A stretch of DNA of 63,246 nucleotides, the filler included, from Conidiobolus incongruus B7586 (Eukaryota): the NCBI GenBank assembly GCA_000697335.1. It is 8 parts of 8 records of this genome, joined end to end, with 100 filler letters (N's around TTAATTAATTAA, not from the genome) between each part and the next. Parts side by side here need not be neighbours in the genome. Positions count along the whole stretch, not along the records: positions 32,817 to 55,350 come from JNEM01007455.1; 7 more parts are not named here. One strand, 5' to 3'. Under the pieces are notes generated by a model, which saw only the letters and a program-made list of their open reading frames with translations, made no database searches and had not been told where the DNA came from. Shown here piece after piece: positions 37,224 to 48,901 of the stretch (within the stretch, counting starts at the first letter, position 1; the number at the start of each line of letters is the position of its first letter). Made by a program: the position numbers and the translations under genes.

Positions 37224-38747
37224 TTACTTATTCTGCTTTTTAAATGGATCCAACTCTACATGATTCAAATCTGAATCGACATCCTCAATCTGTACCTGTC
37301 TGGTATGGTACAATTTCGCCTGCTTAATACCTTTTTTAACATTAATTATAAAATGCATTAGAAAAGGAATTGTAAATGATACTAGCAGCACATAAAATGA
37401 AAATCTTAACTGTCTTGTCTTTTCAGTGACTGCACCTGCAATCAGAGGTCCCAACCAGGATGAGCCCTTGTCTGTAATTTGGTAAAGCCCAAAAAATTGA
37501 TTCTCCTTGCCAATGGGTAGCATCTCGCTGAACATTGTCCTGTAGTAGGATTGTAAGGCTCCAATTAGGAAGCCATGGTAAGCTCCCAAGATGTAGAGTT
37601 CGTGCTTTTTGGTGAGGATTGGGATGTAGATGGAGATGATACCGACGATGGGGATCACCAGGTATAGAGTGTTCACGATGATGACCATGGTCTTGGTGCA
37701 CAGTTTGAACAGACGCTGGAATTGGAGCCAGAATAGACATCCGATACCAGCTGCTAGCGGGGCTATAAATGCTAGGATGAAGGTTTCGAAGGTCGTGAAG
37801 TGGAGTTCGGTTTTCGCGAATAATATCGATACGTGAGCTACTGTTGCAATGCCATCCGATAGTAGAAGCCAACTAAGTAGTAGGAGGAACACTTGGGAGA
37901 GTTGGGTCGCTTCGCAGAATGTTTTGAAGGTGGATTTCCATGAGTAGAATAAATAGCTCTCACCAGGAGGCAGTGGAGGACCTGGCCGCGGTGCAAGCCA
38001 TTTCCAAGTGATTGCAATGCCTAGTAAATACCATATACCATTGACAGCAGCTGCCAACTGTACCACATAGTCGGAATCTGGCATTCCCATACTGATACCA
38101 GCAGTTATTCCTAGAGTTATAAGCACTCCCAAATATCCCCAAGCGAATCCCAAACTACTGATTCTGTTTCCGATACGTTCGGAAATTACAGTTATTTCAT
38201 CCGCGTCAGCATCTTTCATTTTAGCATCAATCACAGCCTGGTCATTTTGGGTTAGTGTAGGGAGATAAGCATAATAAAATACATACGAAGCACCAAACGC
38301 TACATTGGCAATAATCGTTAGAATAGCAGCTAACCCATAGTAATATTCATTAATAACTCCCAAATATGCAATACACGACAGTGCACATATTAACCCTGTC
38401 CCAAGCATAAACGACTTTCTATTATTCCCGTGATCTGCCAACGCGCTCAACCCAATAAAAACTATAGCTTGGACCACTACGCTAATAGCCGTCACATACA
38501 ACGCAAAACTGGTAGGATTGAGTCGCACGCTTCCTATGTAGAACGAGCAGTGAGTGTGGCCTTCACTATCTCTGCACGACTCACCTGTTAAGTCACTCAC
38601 CGACATCTTTGCACTGAGTCCTTCCAACAGTATTGGTGCACACACTGCCATTACGACACCCACAAAGGGTTCTGATCCCAATCCGTACACGTAGAATCCC
38701 CAGCGTTCAAGCTTTTTAACTGGATTATTATTAGTAACCGACTCCAT
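37224..38747 (-). CDS. ATG22: Atg22-family vacuolar amino-acid effluxer (MFS), paralog 1
   Basis: WGFYxY...E, lumenal Cys pair, SFALYV, ADHGNNRK, PRPGPPL and FFGLYQITDKGSSW.GP motifs. Multi-TM, intronless. Confidence 0.93.
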   Translation of the reverse strand: MESVTNNNPVKKLERWGFYVYGLGSEPFVGVVMAVCAPILLEGLSAKMSVSDLTGESCRDSEGHTHCSFYIGSVRLNPTSFALYVTAISVVVQAIVFIGLSALADHGNNRKSFMLGTGLICALSCIAYLGVINEYYYGLAAILTIIANVAFGASYVFYYAYLPTLTQNDQAVIDAKMKDADADEITVISERIGNRISSLGFAWGYLGVLITLGITAGISMGMPDSDYVVQLAAAVNGIWYLLGIAITWKWLAPRPGPPLPPGESYLFYSWKSTFKTFCEATQLSQVFLLLLSWLLLSDGIATVAHVSILFAKTELHFTTFETFILAFIAPLAAGIGCLFWLQFQRLFKLCTKTMVIIVNTLYLVIPIVGIISIYIPILTKKHELYILGAYHGFLIGALQSYYRTMFSEMLPIGKENQFFGLYQITDKGSSWLGPLIAGAVTEKTRQLRFSFYVLLVSFTIPFLMHFIINVKKGIKQAKLYHTRQVQIEDVDSDLNHVELDPFKKQNK

Positions 38748-40008
38748 ATATTAATCTTTTGAATTATTTACAACTTGTTTAAAATCAACTAAATTTCAAT
38801 TTTTTTAGTTGTTTAGGGAATTTGATATCAATTTATACTATTAAATGAAATTTTAGAAAATTGGTTTTAGTCCAAAGTTTTACATTTTGAGGAAATAAAT
38901 GTAAGGAGGTTTGCAGTTGAAGAAATTGTGATTTTTTTTGAATTATTAATTTTTTAGGATTGAAATTTATTAGGATATTGTATCCAGATATTGATAAGTT
39001 TCTTTTGGATTTTATTCTATGAATATTAAATGATTGAAAATATATAGTTTATTATTGTAAATTGACCAATATAACAACATCTAGCAAAATTCATCCATTT
39101 GAGTTGATTTATTCAATAATAACCTTTAATACCACTGTTTTGAAACCTAGAAGCTCTTTTGGAGCCTTAATAAAATAGCTTATATTATTTATATAGTTTT
39201 AATCAACTTATGCATAATCTACAATAAATATTTGGGATATTTTATTTGTAAGTACTAAATGATAATAATTAATTTCAAAAAATCTCGTCATTTTATCCTA
39301 ATTAAAAAGTAAAATTAGATTTTAAGGTTTCAGACATAATATATTTATTATATTATTAATTTTTACTCTATGTTCGAAAAATTCCTAAAAAATTATGATG
39401 TTTACAAAAGCTTATTCCAACCGAATTCAATTTATACAGCATACATTGTATAAGAGGTTGAATAATTTGAATATTTCACCTCTAATCCTAAATAAACTTA
39501 GAATATTAATTTGAGAAAACTATGTTATATAAAAGATTAAACGATAATAGATCTTTGAAAATCAATTTAACTAATATCCATTTCTTTGATAATTGATTAT
39601 TAATATACAACTTCAATTAGGATTCGATTAAATGTTCCTATTCATATATATTTAAATTGACTAAATCAATTTTTCATTTTTATTTCATTAAACTGGATTA
39701 TATAATTGATAATTTAACATAACAAATAGTCAATTTTCCATGCTATATTTAACATTATTAGTAAACATAATTAATAAGATATAATTATATTTCAATTTAA
39801 AAAATAGAAGTTATACAAAAATATAATGTTAGATCATCTATAATTTTAAAAATATATATAACAGTTTTATTAAAAAGATAAAATTATTTGAAATAATTGT
39901 TGTATGAATTTTAGATAAATAATTATAATGATTCAACAAGTATATAAACTATAATTTATTAACAGGTAAAATAAGTGATATTAATATATAGGATTAATAA
40001 AAATTTCA

Positions 40009-41532
40009 TTAATTGATCTTATCATCCTTATTGAAAGGATTCAACTCCACAGTTTGATCAGTGTCAACTTCGTCATAATCGAAGTGCTTATTATACTCCT
40101 TAGCCTGGTGAATACCTTTATGGACGTCAATGATCAAATTTAGTAGGAATGGAATCAGAAATGACCCTAATAAGAAGTAGAACCCGTAGCGAATTTGTCT
40201 GGTTTTTTCCGTGATTGCACCAACAATCAGCGGTCCCATCCACGAGGAGCCCTTGTCCGTGATCTGGTACAGGCCGAAGAATTGACTCTCCTTACCCGGT
40301 GGCAGCATTTCCGCGAACATTGTGCGGTAGAAAGATTGAAGTGAACCTAACAGGAACCCGTGATATGCGCCAAAGATGTATAATTCGATTTTAGTGTGTA
40401 GAATTTTGGTGTAGATTGAGATCACTCCCAGGACTGGGATGACTAAATAAAAAGCACTCAAAATGATGACCATTGTTTTAGTCCTTAATTTGAATATTCT
40501 TTGTACTTGGAGCCAGAATACACAGCCTATTCCGGCCATAAGTGGTGCGATAAATGCGATTAAGAAGATTTCAAAGGTAGTAAAGCCCATTTCAGTCTTG
40601 GCAAATAATACTGCGACGTGGACAACGGTTGCAAGTCCATCAGAAAGTAGGAACCAGCTTAATAGTAGAAGAAACGCTTGTGATAGCTTGGTTACCTCAC
40701 TCAATGTTTTGAATATTGATTTCCATGAATAAAAGAGATAGCTCTCCCCTGATGGAAGTGGAGGACCTGGACGCGGTGCGAGCCATTTCCAAGTGACTGC
40801 GATTCCTACAAGGTACCAAACACCGTTGATTGCTGCAGCAATCTGTACGGAATATTCAGAATCTCCCATTGCTATACTGATTCCGGCAGTAATTGCAAGT
40901 GCTATAATCGCTCCAGCATAGCCCCAAGCAAATCCCAAGCTACTGATCTTATTACCAATGCGTTCGGATATTAATGTAATTTCACTCTCGTCGGCACCCT
41001 TAACTTTGGCATCAATTACTTCCTGATCATTCTGGGTCAAAGTTGGCAGATATGCATAATAAAATACGTAAGACGCACCAAACGATACATTAGCAATAAT
41101 GGTAATAATAGCAGCTAATCCGAAATAGTTTCGATTGACAACACCCAAATAAGCAATACACGATAAAGCACAAATAAGACCAGACCCAATCATAAATAAC
41201 TTTCTATTATTTCCATGATCTGCCAAAGCACTTAAACCTACAAAAGTGATGGCTTGAATAGCTACACTAACTGCAGTTACATACAAAGCAAAGCTCGTGG
41301 GATTTACTTTGACCCTTCCGATGTAGAATGAACAGTGAGAATCGTCCGAATGTCCCCCACAAGGCTTCCCAGTTATGTCGTTAACGGATACTAGCGCAGT
41401 AAGTCCTTCTAACATGACGGGAGCGCATACTGCCATGACCACAGCCGAAAAGGGTTCGGAGCCGAACCCGTACGCGTAAAACCCCCAACGTTCCAGTTTG
41501 GTGACTGGTTTTTGAGTTTGTATTTGATTCAT
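40009..41532 (-). CDS. ATG22: Atg22-family transporter, paralog 2
   Basis: Same motifs. Most similar to paralog 1. Confidence 0.93.
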   Translation of the reverse strand: MNQIQTQKPVTKLERWGFYAYGFGSEPFSAVVMAVCAPVMLEGLTALVSVNDITGKPCGGHSDDSHCSFYIGRVKVNPTSFALYVTAVSVAIQAITFVGLSALADHGNNRKLFMIGSGLICALSCIAYLGVVNRNYFGLAAIITIIANVSFGASYVFYYAYLPTLTQNDQEVIDAKVKGADESEITLISERIGNKISSLGFAWGYAGAIIALAITAGISIAMGDSEYSVQIAAAINGVWYLVGIAVTWKWLAPRPGPPLPSGESYLFYSWKSIFKTLSEVTKLSQAFLLLLSWFLLSDGLATVVHVAVLFAKTEMGFTTFEIFLIAFIAPLMAGIGCVFWLQVQRIFKLRTKTMVIILSAFYLVIPVLGVISIYTKILHTKIELYIFGAYHGFLLGSLQSFYRTMFAEMLPPGKESQFFGLYQITDKGSSWMGPLIVGAITEKTRQIRYGFYFLLGSFLIPFLLNLIIDVHKGIHQAKEYNKHFDYDEVDTDQTVELNPFNKDDKIN

Positions 41533-43379
41533 AATCAGCTAATTATATTTCATAAATCCAAAACTATTAATATCTCTAATCACAATAACAATTTATTTAC
41601 AAATTCAAAGAGTAAACAACCCAAACAGTTTAAATCTTTTAGACTTTGATTAACATTCTCAGGTCACTAACCTATTTAAATCATTGAGCCATATTAATTA
41701 ATTCCAAATTGATCCTCTCAAGTTCCACAGTCGGACGCTTTTGGGAAAGGTTTCATATATGCTTAAATATTGAAAACCTCAAAATTCATTTTTTAAAAAA
41801 AATTTAATCTAGAGTTAAACAGTATCTTATTCATAATAATACAATATATTGACTATATTCCAATTTTATATCAAAGTTATATTATTATATTTCAAAATGA
41901 TTTTGATAATAAAAGAATCAAACTTGATATTGATTTTCAAAATACTATTATGGTTTAAATTCTTAAAATTATTCCAAATTTTATGGTTACAATTTGGATC
42001 TCTTTACATGACATTGTAATCTATAGAATATTCTTTGAGTTATACTCAGTCTCTTAGATGAATGTATTATATCTTATGAATATCATTTCTAAAGTTTATG
42101 GTATTTTATTTTAATATTGACCTATTTTTCATTTTTCGTTAATTTGCTATTATATAAATTTAGAATACTTATGGTGTAAAGTGAATCGAATTTAAGTTAT
42201 TTTTAATCAATATCAATAGATCAATGTAATTACAAGTTTTTATTAAATATATTCTTTCAAGTAGTTTGATTCCTTTACATTATAATCCTCATTATATTTG
42301 AATAAATTAAATTATTACCTATAGATGCGCATTTAATTTAAATTGAAAAATTTAGAATTGACATTTTATTTGGCAAGTTTTTTAATTTGGGTTATGGTAA
42401 TATTTATTTGATAAGATATTTTAGTAATAATTATAAAAATATAATAATAACATTTAAGTTACTATTTGAATACATTTTTTAAGATATGATCTATAAAAGT
42501 TAAATATATAGTTGCAATATTCTGTATTATATAATATTTGAACAAGGCATTGGATTATTTCTGTATATATTAATATGAATAATTGATAAATTTCCAGTAT
42601 ACATTCTTTTTATTTGTTTGAAAAATAAATAATGGTACTTTTTTAAGATTGTTTTTTCCAATAGATTAACAGTTATCGCAATCTAATTTTACATAAGATT
42701 AATAGGAGAAATTATAGTTTTAGATAATATATATAAATTTATTATTAAATCTTTAATTTTTATTAAATTTATTTAAAGTTCAATTATAATCAAACAAATA
42801 ATAATCATCAAAAATTTTTATTTTCGAATCATTAAAGCTGAATCACAAGCCCACTAAAATCCTTTAATATTTACAAACAGCTTAAAGAGATAATATATTT
42901 AATAAGGATATAATTTATCGCTTGGTTTGTTATTTCAAAATTAGAAATCAAATTATCCAAATTTGTCAAAATTTAGAAAATTGAGTTTTATCATAATTTT
43001 TTCAAAGATTAATAAAATACCATTATATATTAAAAATGATTATTATTTAATATTTAAAAAGCTATTAAAATATTTTAATATCTATGATAGGTATAAGTTA
43101 AAACTAGAATCAATTAATGAAAATTCAAACTATATATTTTATCATTCAGTAAAATTTCAAAAAAATAATATAATATCAATAGTTAAAAGAAACTTAATAA
43201 AAGTAACCAAAAACCAAGCTATTTCATTAAATCAATATAATTGATGTATTATAAATTCCAATAAAATAAATATTTTGTTTTAAGTAAATATTAATTATTA
43301 AAATAAATTATATTAATATATATTTTTTAATTTATTTTTTAAATTCAAATTTAATATATATTATTTTGAATATTAATTT

Positions 43380-43728
43380 TAAAATATAAAAATATAAAGT
43401 TTTAAAGATTTTTTTTTAAATAATAATAAATCAAATATGCTATTATATCTAGTATATTCACTCAATTATAACTATTTTAATTATAATTATTTTAGGTAAT
43501 TATAAATTTGCATGCTAGATAGTAAATTTTATTAGAAAATTATATTGATTTGTAATATATCAAAAATATTATTAAAATATCAGAAGTTTGATAAAATTAT
43601 AACAAAATGTTATTGATAATATAGGAGTATTAATTCTATTTAATTTATTTCTTTTAGTAAATTTTTTATTACAAATTAAATTAAAGTTTTATTTTAAAAA
43701 ATTCTAATTATTTAATTTTCAAACTAAA
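43380..43728 (+). mobile_element. Degenerate mariner 3' fragment
   Basis: ATATCTAGTATATTCACTCAATTATAAC... matches 20755-20810. TIR-like end near 43728. Boundaries approximate. Confidence 0.6.
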
Positions 43729-44972
43729 TAATATTATAATTTTATTTTTAATATTATAAAATAATTATTATTCAATATCATTGGCAATATAATCTTGCTT
43801 TTTTTCAATTTAATTACAATTTTAATCAATAAATAATGGCCTAGCATAGTTGTATTAATATTTTCTTTATATATATTAATTTAATTTGTAAAAAATATAT
43901 AGAATTTTACAAATTTAAGCTGATTAATGCTTATTGGTAATTTTTATATTAATTGTAGATTTAAAAATTATAATTTTTATATAATTGAATTGATGTAAAA
44001 TTGAATAAAGAAATATTATTTTAAATTTGTCTAATAGAACAGGTATCTCGTAAAATTCGATAAATATAGATAGCTTACTACTCTTATATTAACCAAAGAT
44101 GTATTATGTTTTGGTTAATAATATTTCTATTAAGTTGATTGGAAAAAACAATCAATTGAATTGAACCTATAAGACATATATGTTAGTGCTAATTATGGTA
44201 CTTATTTTGAGATATTATAAAGCGATAGATATTAAAAAACTTTTCAAAAATGTTAATCAATTTTAGAGTTTACAATAAATACAAAATACGTCAAATATAT
44301 TTCTGGACTTTATATATTATATTTCTTTGCCCTGTTAATTTCAATTGTTATATAATGTAAAAATCAAAAATTTAAATATAAAAAATATTATGATCATATC
44401 ATGAAAAAAATACTTAGTAAAATAGCGAATATTTTAATAGAAAGTTCACTTATTAAAAATATGTAGCTAAGAATTTCAAATTTAATCAAAATAATTAAAG
44501 TTGAAAATTTTAGAATTGTAACTAAGATAATATATCATAGTATTTTTTTATTTTTAAATTATTTCTATTTAATAAGTAAAATTTCATCATAAATGGTATA
44601 AAATAAATTATGAATTAAAAATTAATTAAACTTGTTCTTGATATCATATTGGTCTTTGATATCGAAAAATGATGAATCGGAACAATAAATTGCAGTTGGA
44701 TATAAAATTGATCAGAATAAGAATATCACAAATTAAATACAACCAATAAATGATGATATTTGGGATGGATGTACAGTATTTATAATATTACTAGAGAATT
44801 TATAAAATAGAAAAATCATTGTTAAATATATGCATAACAAAAGTAAATAGCTAAGTCAAGAGGGTTTATTAACAATAATAGGAGTATATACAAAAGATAG
44901 CTAATTACAATATCATAGGTGAATAAGAATAGGGAGAGATAGAGATAGATATGAAAAAAATGGATTGCATCA

Positions 44973-46532
44973 CTAAACAGTGATTGTGGCGTTTGATCTA
45001 ACCTCAAATTCATGACCAATATCGCTAGTTACTTTTGGATGTAAAGGATCCACAAAATCTTCAGCTTGTTGCTTACCCTTCTCAACATTGACTAAGAAAG
45101 TCAAGATGAGGGGAATGGACATGGAGCAGAGTAAGAAGTAGAAACCATATCTGATTTCACCAGTAGCGTCGGTGATGGCACCAACAACCAATGGTCCGAT
45201 CCAAGAGGATCCCTTGTCGGTGATCTCATAAAGACCGAAGAACTCGTTTTCTTTACCTTTGGGCAACATTTCAGAGAATAAAGAGCGGTAGAAAGATTGA
45301 ATAGCCCCTAACAAAAGTCCATGATAGCCTGCAACGATATATAATTCGACCTTCGATCTGAGAACATTGGTCTTATAGATTGAGATCACACCGTAAATTG
45401 GAATTACCAAATAAAGGGCGCTTAAAATCAAAATCATAGTTCTGGTACGTAAGCTAAAGATCTTTTGGACATATAACCATATAATACATCCAATACCAGC
45501 TAATAAAGGTGTGATAAATGCTGCAATAAATAATTCGATTTGACTGAATCCAAGGGATGCTTTGGCGAAGAGGACAGCTACATGAACAATGGTGGCGAGA
45601 GCGTCAGACATGAGGAACCATGAGATCAAAAATGTGAATGCTTGAGAAAGCTTGGGGGCTTGAGCAACGGTATGGAACACCATCTTCCAAGAGTAAAAGA
45701 GGTAGCTCTCGCCCTTTGGCAATGGTGGACCAGGCCTAGGCTGAAGCCATTTCCAGGTGAAGTATAAGAAGACAAAGTACCAAGCACCATTGAATGCACT
45801 GGCAACTTGGAGACCGTATTCGGGGCTATTCATTCCTAGGATAATACCAGCACTTATAAGAAGACAGATAATGGCACCAAGATATCCAGAGGCAAAACCT
45901 AAACTACTTACTGAGTTGGAAACTTTCTCAACCACTCGGGTCTTCTCTTCTACGCTGGCATCAGTTGCACTTATCTCCAATACTTCGGGATCATACTGGG
46001 TTAAAGTTGGAACGTAAGCATAGTAAAAAATGTAACTAGCACCAAATGCAACATTTGCGCCAATAGTGAAAATCGCAGCTAACCAGTATAATCCTCGATT
46101 GACCACGGTAAGGAATAAGATACAGAAAGTGGCACAAACAGCTCCTGAGAATAAAAGCATACGTTTACGGTTATTTCCATGGTCCGCAAGTGCACTGAGA
46201 CCAATAAAGGTAATAGCCTGAATCACAACACTTACCGCAGTGACGTAAAGAGCGAAACTTGATGGAGACATTTCTGCTGATCCAAGTTTGAAAGTACACT
46301 TGTAATCATGATGACTGGTATCGCATGGTTCACCAGTGTGGATATCAGTTGCAACCAGAGCAGTAAGGGTTTCCAAGATCACAGGAGCGCATACCGCCAT
46401 AACGACAGCGGCAAAAGGCTCAGAACCAAAACCATATGCATAAAATCCCCATCTTTCTCGTTTGGTAACTGGAATAGTTCCTAAGTCTCTTTGAACGAAT
46501 TCCTTTTCACTATTAAGTTCGACTGCAGACAT
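44973..46532 (-). CDS. ATG22: Atg22-family transporter, paralog 3
   Basis: Same motifs. 519 aa, intronless. Confidence 0.93.
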   Translation of the reverse strand: MSAVELNSEKEFVQRDLGTIPVTKRERWGFYAYGFGSEPFAAVVMAVCAPVILETLTALVATDIHTGEPCDTSHHDYKCTFKLGSAEMSPSSFALYVTAVSVVIQAITFIGLSALADHGNNRKRMLLFSGAVCATFCILFLTVVNRGLYWLAAIFTIGANVAFGASYIFYYAYVPTLTQYDPEVLEISATDASVEEKTRVVEKVSNSVSSLGFASGYLGAIICLLISAGIILGMNSPEYGLQVASAFNGAWYFVFLYFTWKWLQPRPGPPLPKGESYLFYSWKMVFHTVAQAPKLSQAFTFLISWFLMSDALATIVHVAVLFAKASLGFSQIELFIAAFITPLLAGIGCIIWLYVQKIFSLRTRTMILILSALYLVIPIYGVISIYKTNVLRSKVELYIVAGYHGLLLGAIQSFYRSLFSEMLPKGKENEFFGLYEITDKGSSWIGPLVVGAITDATGEIRYGFYFLLCSMSIPLILTFLVNVEKGKQQAEDFVDPLHPKVTSDIGHEFEVRSNATITV

Positions 46533-48465
46533 TAATTATTAAGATAAAATCAATATATGTAGAGATGGAATGGATGTAAATAAATGATATCTGTTAATAA
46601 AAATAAAGTTAGGAAAGAGTAAAATATATACAAAGAGGATAAAAAATTGTTGAAATTGATTTTTTCTAAAACAAGGTCATAAATTTCAACAGATCCTTGA
46701 TTATTCAGGGATTTTATACTTGACCCAAACTGAATACTAGTCCCTATCACTTCAGGATTCACACTTTACACAGTTTCTGATTTGTCAGATTGTATAGGGG
46801 AAGTTTTAATTTTGAGAGGAGCTAGATCTAACCAAACATATCAACTCCAAAATAAATTTATTTCTTCCAATCAAATTACATAAAAACCATTGAATATAGA
46901 TGAATTAGCATTGAAAAATAGTCCTCATACATGCTCTTTTATAAAAACCTTACAAGAATCAAAACCTTATACAATATACTGGGGTAGATATTTTCATTTT
47001 TGAAAAATTAAAGCTAATAAAAAACATTATTGTTTAATAATATTTTACTCTGATTTTATAATATAATCAAACTAAAGATGACCTTCAATTCCATCATATC
47101 AATTGAGTTCAAAATAAATCGAACAAACTAATAAGTAACCAATTATCGGCTTATAAATATCATGATGTACTATATTTTAAAACCTCAATATTAGATGAGG
47201 AGGATGGAGCCATTTAACTGTTATTGATTATATAATCAGGTCAAATACAACTTATAACCGGGTAATATTTTAGTTAATCAAACAGGTATCCTTGATGAAT
47301 CCGTGATATTTTTCCGTTTTGTACCCTTAAAATTTAAAGTAAACAAAAAAGACATTATTAATTAATGTCACGTTTTTTGATTGATCTGATTTTACATTAA
47401 ATTTATTCAAAAGATACTTATCACTCCTGTTCAAAATTCATTCAATAAAAATAATATCAATAAAAAAATTAATAGCTATTTATAATAGGTTTTAGCCCAA
47501 TTCAATTAGTTTAGATATTATGCTCATTTAATTTTTTATATGTTAAATATCATGTAAAATTTGAAATATTTAACCTTAAATATCCGAAAGTTACAATTGA
47601 GAAATATTAATAATTTAATTGATTGTAATACAAAAAATCTATGATTAATAATTTAACAAAAAAACTGTTTTAATTCATTTATAAAAATGTCTGTTTGATA
47701 TAAAATTATGAAAGTGAAATTTACTTATTTGTTGATTGCAAAATGTCAATTTCTTGTATGGAATTGGCTATTAATTAAAACTGGTTAACTTGTAAATTTC
47801 AGAAGGAAATTTAAATTTAGAATTAATTTGCAAAATCTTTAACCTTTAAAATAAGAAATATTAATATATTTTTTCAGAATTTATAGAATTTGTTTATATA
47901 TATAAATCTTATGATTATTTCATTAATTGAGGTAAAGTTTTAATATATAAATTATTTTAATTTTGATCAAAAAAATCTAATCATATCATTAATAACAACC
48001 CTTTATACTTCTAAATATATTTCCATTATGCAGTTATCTAATTTTGATGACAATTTTGCCGAACATTAACAAATTATTTGATATAATAACTTTGAAATAA
48101 ATATTAAAATGAAAATTATTAAAATTCAAATGTGTTTAAATTTTAAATAATAGAGTGTTATTATTATATATAAATTCTAAAACATATATTTTCATGTATA
48201 ATATATAATAAATTTAATTTTGGATTAAATCACTATTTTAACAAATTTAATATCTAATATCAATTATACCAATTAAAGACAAAGGTTAAATATTACAAAA
48301 ATATTTTGATAAATTCAGTATTAGAGTAATTGATTGAACCAATTGATATATTAATAAACTTCATTTTATTAATTAAATTTAATTTTAATCTTCAAATTAT
48401 TGATAAACTTTTTGAGCAGATTTCTAACAATTAAACTAATATTATTTCAATATTATAATGACAAC

Positions 48466-48901
48466 TGTTATTGTGGGAGGAAATAGGCTTTTAGAGCTTA
48501 AGCGGGGAATCACCAGTGGTAAATGACAGGTTACCATAGAGTTAGGGGAAATTAATCGGGTTCATCAAATGAGGTGAAAATGGCTTACTGTAAATTGGAT
48601 TCTTCGTGTAAAGCAAATATCCCACGCTTGTCACAACTCAATGATTTTGTGAGGGCTGTGAGAAAAGCTTAGAGACTGGATAATTTTGAAATGAAAATAA
48701 AAGAGATGTGTTTATTAGTTCGTTCATGATAATCTTATATTAGCTTTCATTGTTGATTTTTATGAATAGGAATGGCTCAGTGACAGAAAGGAACACAAAC
48801 ACCTGGTTCAGGAAACTGGGTGTTCCCAATGTGACTTCTCAATTCAGTGTGGTAATCGCAGTTTCTTGAGTGTTTGACAAGATCATTTCCCATCAATAAC
48901 A
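48466..48901. mobile_element. Probable solo LTR or small TIR element (436 bp)
   Basis: GC-richer non-coding block bounded by TGTTATTGTGGGA...TCCCATCAATAACA (TG...CA with an inverted terminus of about 14 bp). TSD unclear (GACAAC/TACAAT). Confidence 0.55.

Noticed and set aside
42963..43244. 93-aa Lys/Asn/Ile-rich ORF, and ORFs 11922-12146 and 26126-26311
   Set aside because: Non-ATG starts, background composition and no recognisable domain.
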